The notes beneath the pieces were generated by a model. It did no database searches. It was given only the letters and a program-made list of their open reading frames with translations, and was not told the origin of the DNA. The position numbers and the translations under genes were made by a program. A DNA stretch of 61,451 nt, counting the filler, from Dugesia japonica (taxonomy: Eukaryota): assembly GCA_001938525.1 (NCBI GenBank). It is 5 parts of 5 records of this genome, joined end to end, with 100 filler letters (N's around TTAATTAATTAA, not from the genome) between each part and the next. Parts side by side here need not be neighbours in the genome. Positions count along the whole stretch, not along the records: positions 42,437 to 52,106 come from MQRL01614408.1; positions 52,207 to 61,451 come from MQRL01630564.1; 3 more parts are not named here. The stretch is one strand, 5' to 3'. Positions 51,074 through 61,451 of this stretch are shown in pieces. How positions within the stretch are numbered: the first letter of the stretch is position 1; every line of letters starts with the position of its first letter.

Positions 51074-51167
51074 AATTTTAATTATTTTACTTATAAATAA
51101 AATTTTAATTTAATTCACTTATATTAATTAAAATAAATTAAAAAATCTAAAATTAAAAGTGACTTAC

Positions 51168-51304
51168 AACTCCAATCACCTCGATGAAAATAATAATGGC
51201 CATTATTATAAAAAATGATTGAGCTGATGCGGTAATCTCAGGATGTCGGAATTGGTAGATTTGTATCATTATTATACAAGCAATTATGTACATGTAAGAT
51301 GTAT
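51168..51304 (-). CDS. SIDT1: SID-1/SIDT transmembrane family protein, exon
   Basis: ttag|...|gtaagt, reading (D)TSYMYIIACIIMIQIYQFRHPEITASAQSFFIIMAIIIFIEVIGV. Matches SIDT DTSFMY.IA.L.M..LYQ.RHPDI.ASA. Confidence 0.93.
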
Positions 51305-51348
51305 CTAATTTTGTGAATTAAAAACTAATCAAAAATAATTTCTAATAC

Positions 51349-51466
51349 CAAATTGAAAGTTTTTGTGATTTGGACAGATATGATAACATGCACTCATTAC
51401 TCCTTCCATTGTCAAGGAAATTCCCATGGCATAATACAATCCAAAATATTTTGGAAGGCGGTTTGT
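51349..51466 (-). CDS. SIDT1: SID-1/SIDT transmembrane family protein, exon
   Basis: acag|[39 protein letters not shown](D)|gtatta, containing the hallmark EG..SACYH.CP...NFQFD. Phase 1 joins the next exon across a 44-nt intron. Confidence 0.95.
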
Positions 51467-51510
51467 CTGTTTTTAAAAAGTTATATTTTATTAAAACTAC
51501 GAAATGATAC

Positions 51511-51559
51511 ATCGACTGAACTCAACAAATCTGATTGTTCTAATTTATATCGCCAATGT
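51511..51559 (-). CDS. SIDT1: SID-1/SIDT family protein, small upstream exon
   Basis: ctaacag|(R)HWRYKLEQSDLLSSVD|gtatca. Phase-compatible with the next exon across a second 44-nt intron. Confidence 0.65.
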
Positions 51560-52206
51560 CTGTTAGTAAAAAACATCAATATGAAGTGTCAATTTTAAAT
51601 ATCAATATCAAATATTAATATCAAATTTAAATTTTATTTTTCTTAAGTTAATTAAATTAATCATTTACATCGAAAATTTTCAATTATATATTTGAATAGA
51701 ATCCACCAATAATATTATATCAAAAATGCATACTGTCATAAAATTCTATCGAAGACTTTTTTTAGAGATTCAGAAATCCCTCCTTCAGATAGCTTATCGT
51801 TTCCAATGAACCTTTATAAAATATATCAAGCTCGTGTACAAAATCTCCAATGGTCGTTGAATACGTTTTAGTAATGTAACGTTTTCTTTCCCTTGAAAAC
51901 AGCGAGACAGCAAATGAATTTTTAGGGTAAGAAACACTATCGACTTTATGAGAGTAAGCCAAAAATGTCATAAAGTCACTACTGCGATTTAGAGAAATGA
52001 CAAGAACATATAGATACACCAGAAAAAGTTTATTACAATTGTGAAGGATAAATTGAGTCGGACTATTGTTTGATTGTGTTTTCGTATACAATTTATTTTA
52101 TTTACTNNNNNNNNNNNNNNNNNNNNNNNNNNNNNNNNNNNNNNNNNNNNTTAATTAATTAANNNNNNNNNNNNNNNNNNNNNNNNNNNNNNNNNNNNNN
52201 NNNNNN

Positions 52207-52375
52207 CAGTTTGGTATTGTGTGTTAATAACAGCTTCTTTACTTTACTTCCTTAGGAATACATCTAATTTTAGATAAACCGTCATGTAATCCAATAAATT
52301 CTTGCATTCAGTACTAGTCCACATTTTCAGAGCCTTCTGATACGATTCTGCATTCACATCTTTCCATATTGGTGG
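52207..52375 (-). pseudogene. second Polinton-type PolB fragment (internally deleted)
   Basis: DVNAESYQKALKMWTSTECKNLLDYMTVYLKLDVFL (Exo III Y...DV motif) fused to KVKKLLLTH, which is also seen at ~27480. Confidence 0.75.
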
Positions 52376-52869
52376 CATACATTGTGTATTTTAAGAATTA
52401 AATCTAAAAATCGAATCTCTTTCTACAAATTAAATAAAACCAAATTCTTTTACTAAACTTAGACATGAAATAATACAAAGATATAATTTGACAAAACAAA
52501 AATATTAAATACCGAATTAAATTTAAATTTGCTCAAAATATTATAAAAAAAATCAATTAAATACTTTACACAATTCAATATAAACCTACACGCAATTTCC
52601 AATTCGAAAAAATTCTGTAAAGTATAATACAAAAATCCACAAATTTTCAATAATTACAAGGTTATTATAAAAACGTTTTCAGAAACTATGTCAACTTGCA
52701 CGTTTTTAAAANAATCAGGATAATCAACCAACATTTTTTAAATTTAGATGTATCATTTTTAATATTTTAAATTTTTATGATAAAAATCCATTTTTTTTGA
52801 AAACATCTATAAATATTTGAACTGATGCACACTGATATTCTTTTAATAGAAAACATCCGAAATAAATTT

Positions 52870-53078
52870 TAATTTCAGTGGAAAATAAAAAAAGATGTTA
52901 ACATTTCCAAAAATGAACATTACGTGATGAGAGGCATAACTATTTTAACATTTGGTTTGAACGCATGCAAAAATGTATTAATCTTAGTGGAGAATATTTT
53001 GAAAAGCAATAAAACAGTTTGAGTCTTTTTAGTCTTATTTTTATGGCTATATGCAGAACTTAAAAGACAACCTGCGTA
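52870..53078 (+). mobile_element. mariner 3' end with TIR
   Basis: NIWFERMQKCINLSGEYFEKQ* followed by terminus CAGAACTTAAAAGACAACCTGCG-TA. Confidence 0.8.
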
Positions 53079-54069
53079 TTAAATTTATTTGCTAATTATT
53101 TTTATTTAAAGTAAATATCAAAATCTACCTTTAATGGAGACATAATTAAAATAACATTTGGCAAGGACTTCCTGAAAAATTGAATCCAGCGTTCTTCGAG
53201 AACTAAAAATAATATAATATTTGGGAATTCAACAATTTTTCTTTTTATACCTGCGGCATTAGTAATTTGTCTTTGTAATTTCTGTAGAGTATTTTTAAGA
53301 ATATGTGTCTGCATAATAAAATAAGTTGTGGTTGTTTTAAAATTTTTTTAAAATTAAAAAAAATAATGGTGATATATAAATAAATCAATTCTATCGCAAT
53401 TAAATAATAAAAAATAATAAAGGATAAAATAAACTTATTGAAATAATTTCATATTTAAAAATTTTAATAATTTAAAAGTCAAATAATTATGAATTTTTTT
53501 TATTCTTTTATTTTAAATTATTTGTTTTAATTGACTTAAAAATATAAATTTGAATTCAAAAAACTTGAATAAATACTTTTTACCAATTATATTGCAATTA
53601 TTTAAGTAATCGGTCTACAATCTTAACATATGCTTGTAAGAAAGGTCAGAAATCTTCAACGTAGAATTCAAAAAGATTTAATTTAAATCCATAATTTATT
53701 CAAAATAAAAATGATGTTTTTAATTAATTGACTTATTCAAACAATATAATTATTTTAATAAAAATCAGAAACAATTCGAAAAAATCAATTTCAATTTCAA
53801 CAATAATTTTTTTTAAAAAAAATTTATTTATAAAAAATTATTTTGAAAAAACATAAATTTAGATATTCACAATTTCCAAAATTAATATAAAAATTTCATA
53901 ATTTATTTACATTATAATTTTTTAAAAAAATAGTATAATAAAATTACACAAATATCAAAAGTAAAAATTCACTCTAAATTTAAAAAATTTAAATTAATCT
54001 TTTTTTAAAATATTTAAAATTTTCTTGAAAAATTCAAATCGATTTACTAAAATAATTTAAAACTGTAAT

Positions 54070-54570
54070 TAATGTTTCTTCACATCCTTCTTTCTAAGAA
54101 ATTATTTGATATTTTCTGTTTCGTTAGAAACTTTTTATTTGTGTTTTCTAAGAAGTCTGTTATGAATTATCCTTTTATTTTTTACGGTTCGACGAATCGG
54201 TCCTGTTTTATGTTTCCTTTCTNAACTCTTATTAAGACCTCATGTTCATTCCTTAATTGTCTGTTGGTTGGTATCCAATTCTCGGTGTATCTATTTCGTA
54301 CCACTTCTCTCTGTTGATTTTCTTTTCTAATACAATTTTGACTGTGCTTTCTTTGATAATTTTTTGTCTTATGAAGTTCATAATGGATTCTATCTTATCT
54401 GCCTAATTTGAGATTTGCCTTTCTTTAAATTTAGAGTCAATCATATTTCGCAATGTTCTTAGTTGCCTCTTGATTTGTCCGTTTCTATTATGATAATTCG
54501 AATTCGATAAACTGAGGGAAATTTCTTACTAGTTTGCGAATTCTTTAATTACTTTGGAGTCAAATGATTT
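54070..54570 (-). mobile_element. Ty3/Gypsy integrase C-terminal fragment
   Basis: FDSKVIKEFA...YHNRNGQIKRQLRTLRNMI. Confidence 0.75.
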
Positions 54571-54619
54571 GAAATCAATATTACAAAAATATTACAATAT
54601 AATTAATTTTTATATTGTT

Positions 54620-54760
54620 TGACAATTACAATTATTGCGAGAATAATTGTTGGACGTTACCCTTGCCCGCTTTTCAGAATTAGTTATATAAAAGATTCGA
54701 TCAAAATTTATTTTGTTTTTGATAATAAGTATTTTTATCGAAGCTTTTATTTCTTGAATT
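54620..54760. mobile_element. short fold-back copy of the hammerhead family
   Basis: ACAATTATTGCGAGAATAATTGT hairpin plus arms ATAAAAGATTCGATCAAAAT...ATTTTTATCGAAGCTTTTAT. A further arm fragment lies at ~54918-54990. Confidence 0.75.
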
Positions 54761-54999
54761 CTTAAGATTTTATTTTAATGAATTGTTATAGTATGTTAAA
54801 AACTGAAATCGATCTTCCAAAAAATTTAAAACTTCAAATAATTTATTCTTATAATATTTTTTGAATGCTTACTTATCGAGTAAAAATAGATAAATTTGCA
54901 AATTATATTAAAGTGATAATTCATTAATATAAAAGCTTCGATCAAAATTTTTTTATATTTTGTTCTTGATAATAATATTAATTTTCGACTTTTTAGGTC

Positions 55000-55220
55000 G
55001 ACACCCTAAAAACTGGTATTATATGATTGTTGGGACATCGTTGGAATCGGTATAAGATGAAAATAGTATCATTATTGCCAAACTCTATGCTCAACAATAA
55101 GAGAGACTGTCAAACTATCAGGCCTATTTTAATTAATAGAAAGAATGTGGTTGTGTAACACAATAATGCGAGACCACATACTGCTCGATTGACTCAGAAG
55201 AAGATACAAAAGCTTGAATT
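55000..55220 (+). mobile_element. mariner transposase central fragment
   Basis: KLVLYDCWDIVGI...AKLYAQQ*ERL...HNNARPHTARLTQKKIQKLE. Confidence 0.8.
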
Positions 55221-55386
55221 TTATTTTATAATATAAGCTGAAGGGATTATAAGTAAAATGAATTTGGTCGAGGAATCGAAAAGTTAAATATAACATCAAT
55301 AATTGAGGTTAGTTACTTATGAGTTTACTTAAAACGAAAATATCATGAAAGAATAATAAGGATATCCTGTAGACGATCGATTAGAT

Positions 55387-55460
55387 CAGGGCTGTCAAAA
55401 CATTTTGGGGTTGCGAGCCGCATTTGAATAAGAAATTACTGTGCAATCTGCAGTTCACAT
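55387..55460 (+). mobile_element. hAT element terminus (single end)
   Basis: CAGGGCTGTCAAAACATTTT...GCGAGCCGCAT. Confidence 0.5.
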
Positions 55461-55879
55461 TATCCAGCTTTGCATTATCAGGCATGATGTAAAACACACA
55501 CACACATATATAATTTTTTTTATTGGATTGATTTCGTAACAGGTTTTGTTGGCCAGCATATAAAAAATTTCCTTCTTATTTTACAATAGTAACTGATGGT
55601 GGACATAGTTTTGTAAGAAACATGTATTAAATATAAAACTTTTAAAAAATTGCATTCATTTCTTATATATATGTATATATTTTCCTATATACTTATTATA
55701 AAAGCTTATTGATGTGAAATCTTAAATCATAAAAACAATAACAAATGTGACTAGAGGTTTTGATTTTACATTTAACTGGATATTTATTTTAACGCTAGTT
55801 GTACATACATAACAAAATGGAATGAGGGATTAAGTAAAACTGAAATTACATGTATAAGAATATTTGATATTCTACTTCA

Positions 55880-57520
55880 TAAATAATATTTAACATGATT
55901 GTTAGAAAATTTTATATTAAAATATAAAGCTGGTGTTGTCTCTAACAAATCTGGTAAGCAACTGGCGATCATTGTGGTGCGTTGTGAAGAAAGCTGGTGA
56001 TGGTGCACAGAAATGGAGAACATGTGCTTGAGTTTCCAAGTAGTAAGAAATCTACCTGTTGGATTTGATAAACATTCCATGATTGCTATGAAGTGCTCCA
56101 GTTTTAACAAGACATACCACTTCCTTGTGTGTACTCAACTCAAATCATGAAATAGTTTAGTCATAGCTTTACGGTCTTTGAAAGAAATTATATATTTTTC
56201 ATCGTCGATAAAATCGACCACTTCTAAACAAACTACATTTTCTTTACACTTGAATCTAACTTACATATAATGTACATGGTATAGATATGCAATGGCACCA
56301 TGGACTTTAGAGTACTATCATTTGAGATGTAAGTTGGTAGTATAGATGAAGAATCAGTCTAATGCTATGTCTACCAANNNNNNNNNAAACCACTTCATGT
56401 ATTTTTTCATGTTTTTTCTTATGAAAATGTCTGAACGAAATTTTGAAATTCTGAAATGGGAATGTGAACCTAAAGATTTGGTACGCGTTGATCTTCTACC
56501 ATGAATAAAAAACCAAGTTGGTTATCTTTTCGAGGTCCTTAACATAGTTTTTAAACATTTCCGTGGAGTTTGGAAATGATGCCGATTAAAATCGACTCTT
56601 ATGTAATGATGAGTAATCACTGTAAAATCTTAGGAATAACCTCCCATTAACTACAATTTAAGCAAGTTTACCATTTAAGTGACAAAATCAATGGAAAATC
56701 AGTCATCAAAGTTTACGGCAACATCCACCATATCCTGCAAGCCAACCTTAGAAAAGGCTATTAGTGTCCAGTCATTAGCATAAGCCAAACAAGATATGCG
56801 ATCTCCTGCACATTTAAGACCATGATCTTTGGAAATCTTATTAAAACTGGATTGATTCTAATGAAAAAAGCAATGTAGACAGAGTGCAGACCTGTATAAC
56901 CAACCTCTTATTAGCAATTCAACCAGGATAAATTTTATTGCAGGTGTAATAGCTAAAGAAGTTAGAATACATCGCTTTGATTAATCCAGTAGTTTTTTTC
57001 ATTTACCAAAATTCTCAAAAGAAGACCAAAAATGTGTTCATTGGAAATACTTCCGAGGGTGGCAGCTATTTCCAAGAATGCAATATGCAAGTTGAACTTG
57101 TTACATCATTTTTCTTCGTCAAAGCGGCAGCAAAGCAAATAGTTGTGGTTGGAACAAAAAGTTGAAATTAGTGATGCACGAAAAGCTTTTAAATACAATA
57201 AAGTAAGGTTATTGGTCTCCAAGACAAAACAAGGTGATAAGAAGCAGCTTTGTCATTAAGTCGAGTTAATTTTCCAGCTTTTAAGAGTCACCACAGATAA
57301 GAGTATTTTCTTAAATATTTTGTGAATCAGAACATAATTTGAGTCTACTGCTTTAAGGTCGTGGTATGTTATGTTATTAATACCAAGCTCTGAGACAGAA
57401 AGCTGATGAAGAATGTGCTTGATATTTACAGATTCGAGAGAATTAAAATCAATAGGTTGACAAATATCCAAATTTGTATCAAGTTCCTCAAAAGACTTGG
57501 ATTAAAAACAAACTTTTAAG
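55880..57520 (-). mobile_element. non-LTR retrotransposon RT pseudogene (R2/NeSL-like)
   Basis: GINNITYHDLKAVD (parallels DNDGIHYRDLALVD at ~49560) and GDRISCLAYANDWTLIA (degenerate YADD). Heavily decayed, so the boundaries are approximate. Confidence 0.7.
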
Positions 57521-57979
57521 ATCGTACTGGGTCGCCTAAAATTTGGCCTCATAAATAATTATCTCAAAAATCAATATTAGCGGCTTTAATATTTATCAGT
57601 ACTTATTCCTAATTTAAAAAGTCCGGTAAATAGAGGCTCATTATATTAAGATTAGTATATATTTTGAAAAGGTAAAAATAGATCTTTCTGATTATTGGTG
57701 ATTTTAAAAATTTTTTATTTTTATTTCAAGAAATATGTTATATTTCTAAAATCTCATTTAAATTAATCTCAATTTCTAGGTTTTAAAATTTCCAATTTTC
57801 GTTATAAATGAATTATTGAAATAAAAACAAAAAATCAAANCAAACCTGATAATATTCAACGATAGTATTATTAGAAAATTGTTCGTCCACTTGTCTGAAT
57901 AATTATAATATTTACAAAAGTGTTTGTTTATCAACAATGCTCAAATTAAATTAATGAAACAAAAACAACAAAACGTTTT

Positions 57980-58800
57980 GAACTTGCAATTGCGATAGAA
58001 TTGCGTATGTATACATTACTGAACTCAGAACTACGAAATTGGTTTATGAAAAACCGGCATCATTTTTTCACTTATTAAATAAAACTATTAGATTTTATCA
58101 AACTAAAAAGTTTACCACTGTTGTACGAACATAATTGTAAAAGTTATATGACATAGGAAATGTCTTTGGGCTGGCTTAACAAAATTAACAGCATAATGGC
58201 TAAACAAAATCGAAAAATTTTAATGCTGCTGGAAGATGCTCCAGTAACCCTACGGATATATTTTTATTATTTTATTATCCACCGAAAACGACTTTTTGAG
58301 TCCAACCACTAGACCAAGGAGTAATCAAAATCTTTAAAGATGGTTACCAAAGATTTCTTCGCACGTGCATTATTTCCAGAATGGAAACCTATGAAAAAAT
58401 AACATTTGCGGAACAATTAAAAAAATTTAGATTCTTGATGCAATTTTATGTTGTCAAAGGGATGGAGCTATCTGCCAACAGACACCATAAAAAAGTGTTT
58501 TGAAAAGGGAATCAATAATTGCATTGGTGAGATAACAGAAAAAGATGTTTCACTGGACGTTGTAGATGACTAATTAACTACATTTAAAACTAATCTGATG
58601 ATAAACAAAGACGATGATTTAATTGATTTATTGATACAANACCATTTTACCAACGAAGAAAGTGAAATTGAAGATGTTCATGATCAACATTATAAAGTCA
58701 TCATAACAAAGTCAGAGGCCTTAAATGCAATTGAAAGACTTTAAAAATATTTTATGGTGGAAATTACAGATCAAATGAGCTACATCTGTAAAGTAAGGTT
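57980..58800 (+). mobile_element. Tigger/CENP-B-like (DDE_1) transposase pseudogene
   Basis: WLNKINSIMAKQNRKILMLLEDAP and PKTTF*VQPLDQGVIKIFK. Confidence 0.88.
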
Positions 58801-59808
58801 AGAATTGTTAGGTTAGAATACAACATTAATCTAGCACAAATATTTATTAAATATCAATAAAAAGCTGACCCACATCTGATTCATATATCAAATCTTAACC
58901 TATGATTACATATATCATAGATCAAATTATGATATAATAATTTCTCATTATTATTATTACATAAGATGGAACATTAATTATTTATGAAAGAGTTCACAAT
59001 AAGAGTTCACAGCACTTATTTGCAATCGACATTTTTAAAGAAATATAAATACATATATATATATATATATAACAACTCTTTATTAATATCAAAACATTTG
59101 ATTGTTTAAATGCATCAATTTAAATAAAGTCGATATGTAAATAAAGTATAAGTATGCTTGTGATTGAATATTTCCAAAATCTAAAAGTAAAAATTTCTTT
59201 ATCGTGTTTGTATGTTAGTAAATATCTGAAAAAAGCAGTTAATTCTTGGAAAATCCAAATAAAAATTGCATGTGTTGTATGTTATATATTCTGATTATAA
59301 AAGTATGTACGAGTTTGTATATTAAAAAATCAGTACAAATTCTGAGTGAAATTTAGTTGTCACTCAGAAACAAATGAATTGATAAATTTTTTTATGTAAA
59401 ATTTGGATTGGAATTTTGTAGTATTTCCATATATAGAAAAATAGTTTTTTTAATTACAATAATTTTAATAACTATTTTTAGTATTATTTATTTAATTATT
59501 ATTTATTTAAAATGAGGCAGATATACTATAAAGATAACCCTAACATATTATCTTATTACATTGATATTCTTGAGTAATTTTAATGTAAGTTTAACTAAAA
59601 AAAAGTCATTACTTAACTGTCATTATGCAAACAAAAAATTGATTTTAAAGATTATTCAAGCTTATTGAGTACAAAATCATACCTAATACAACAAAGTACT
59701 TCATTTAAATTCTTAACATTTTTCCCCAAAAGTGCATTTGTTAATGCTTCTTGAACTCTAAATATTAATTAACAAATAATGAAATAAATTATCGAATAAT
59801 TGAAATTA

Positions 59809-60079
59809 CATTTGCCAGTTTTCATTTTTAGATGAAAAAAGATCCAACTTATTTAAAGAATTATTTGATTGACTAATTACTTTGTCTGAGAATGTTCGAG
59901 AATATTTACCCAATTTTTTCTTTTTCATTTTCAACAGAAATCCATCATTGTTTTTGTCTACAAATCCACTTAGACTATTAGAATAATAAAACCGTTCACT
60001 AATTTTTTTATTTATTATTGCAGTTTTTCCTGTTTCATCAGTTTGATTGAGTATTTCATTGCGATTACAATCCATCAAG
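59809..60079 (-). CDS. possible host exon of unknown function
   Basis: 90 open codons in AT-rich DNA, bounded by catag| and |gtaatt. No recognisable domain. Confidence 0.3.
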
Positions 60080-60501
60080 CTATGTTACGCAGTTATTCAT
60101 CTAAATATTTAATCAAAGTTCAAAATACAATTGAAAATTCTATTAAAAAAACTTTAATTAATTATCAAAAAAACTCAGTGAAATCGATTTTTTCGTTGTT
60201 GGAATTGTGAAATAAATAGAACCAATTCACAAAAATACAAATTTTTCAAATCATAATTCTTGTAACAATTGACATAATTTATTATGTATCGTTAGAAAAA
60301 TATTGTTGAAGAATATCAAATTAATTTTTTATTTTTTACTAATTTAACGAGAATTTGTTTGTTCTATTGTTTCAATATTATTTTTCAAATAAATATTTTA
60401 ATTATAAAAATAATTATAATAATAAGTAAATTTGGAAAATGTATATGAGATCAATAATTAATTAAGAAATAATTGTAGTAGTCAAATGTTGTTAATTAAT
60501 G

Positions 60502-60583
60502 TATAGGGTGTTCCAAAAAAAAATTTCGTTTTTTATAAGTTAGGAACTTATAAAAAACGAAATTTTTTTGGGAACACCCAATA
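60502..60583. mobile_element. 82-bp near-perfect palindromic MITE (Tc1/mariner-type ends)
   Basis: TA-TAGGGTGTTCCAAAAAAAAATTTCGTTTTTTATAAGTT...AACTTATAAAAAACGAAATTTTTTTGGGAACACCCAA-TA. Confidence 0.8.
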
Positions 60584-61451
60584 GTTTGAATCAATTGAAC
60601 ATATTTTGATTTAATTGTTTTACATATGAAGATCTGCTTAACAATTTGTTTGATTAAAACCCATTAAACTAGATTTTTTTCATATATCAATTCGTTGATA
60701 ATTTCAGATAATAAATAATTGCTATAATAAAAATTTTTAATATTAAAAATTAAATAAAAGTTTTATTTTTTAAAACGTTAAAAATATTCTTATTTGTTAT
60801 ATTCTATTTTTAATGTGTAAATTTCGTATATGTAAATTATTGAAAATCAATACGTAATATAAATTAACTTATTTAACCCTCAACTGTTACTATGCTAATA
60901 TAGGTACGCTCCCACTATAATCAGGTCGAATTGACTGAGTACGAAAATAATTCATTTTCAACGTTTTAACAAATAATTATTAATGATTACATATATCTAA
61001 AACTTTTTCTTTAGATATTTATGGCTTATAACACACAAAACTGCACCTTTAAAGTAAGAAAATAAAAAATATTAAGTCTTCAAAGATCATTTATTAACAA
61101 ATCTACATAAATATATCAGATACAAAATTAGAAAAGCTTAAATACATTCCTTGCAAACATGTCTTGAACATTGTAAACAAACCGGTATATGGCAGATTAT
61201 GATTTTCTATCCTTAATAAAGTATAACGTACTTACTAATTACGGTAAAATTGACCGGGATGAAACGAAAAATTATAACATTTTAATAACTTGCACTAATT
61301 AAAATTTATGTTGTGCAATAATACAGTGACGGATGAAAGCGCAACTATAAAGTTCAACGCGAAATTAAAAAAAAAAGGCCAAATTCAAAAGTCGACATTA
61401 ACAAAGTTTATTAAAACTAAATAAATCAATAATATTTAAACAAATATGTTT

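Noticed and set aside
51762-52091. 109-aa minus-strand ORF upstream of the SIDT exons
   Set aside because: No similarity to the expected SIDT segment (CYYNF.C...FN...SN.GY) and no convincing splice sites.

Overview
This is very AT-rich, intron-containing eukaryotic DNA, probably from an invertebrate animal (flatworm-like; the organism is an inference). It is not prokaryotic, so most long ORFs in the supplied track are transposon fragments or spurious. The window is five contigs joined by artificial 100-bp spacers (N44-TTAATTAATTAA-N44 at ~12.4, 26.0, 42.3 and 52.1 kb), so linkage across those points is unproven. Host genes appear only as isolated spliced exons: a TIR-domain exon (13345-13477, -), the last exon of an M13/neprilysin-family peptidase (30846-30945, +), exon 1 of sphingolipid delta-4 desaturase DEGS (37254-37335, +), and three exons of a SID-1/SIDT-family membrane protein separated by 44-nt introns (51168-51559, -). 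Most of the rest is decayed mobile DNA. This includes several Ty3/Gypsy elements (one complete, with 137-bp AGTTA...TAACT LTRs and a 5-bp TSD), Penelope-like elements (PLEs), R2/NeSL-like LINEs, Polinton/adintovirus-type PolB fossils, and mariner, pogo/Tigger, hAT, MULE and Merlin remnants and MITEs. The most interesting signals are: (i) a multi-copy ~250-bp non-coding fold-back element with minimal hammerhead-ribozyme motifs in both arms, a conserved terminal stem-loop and 12-15-bp TSDs; (ii) a palindromic PLE with two hammerheads, inserted in a PolB gene, whose inverted arm also copies ~36 bp of target DNA; (iii) AGTAG-initiated Polinton-like termini, one carrying a dense cluster of AP-1 (TGASTCA) motifs.
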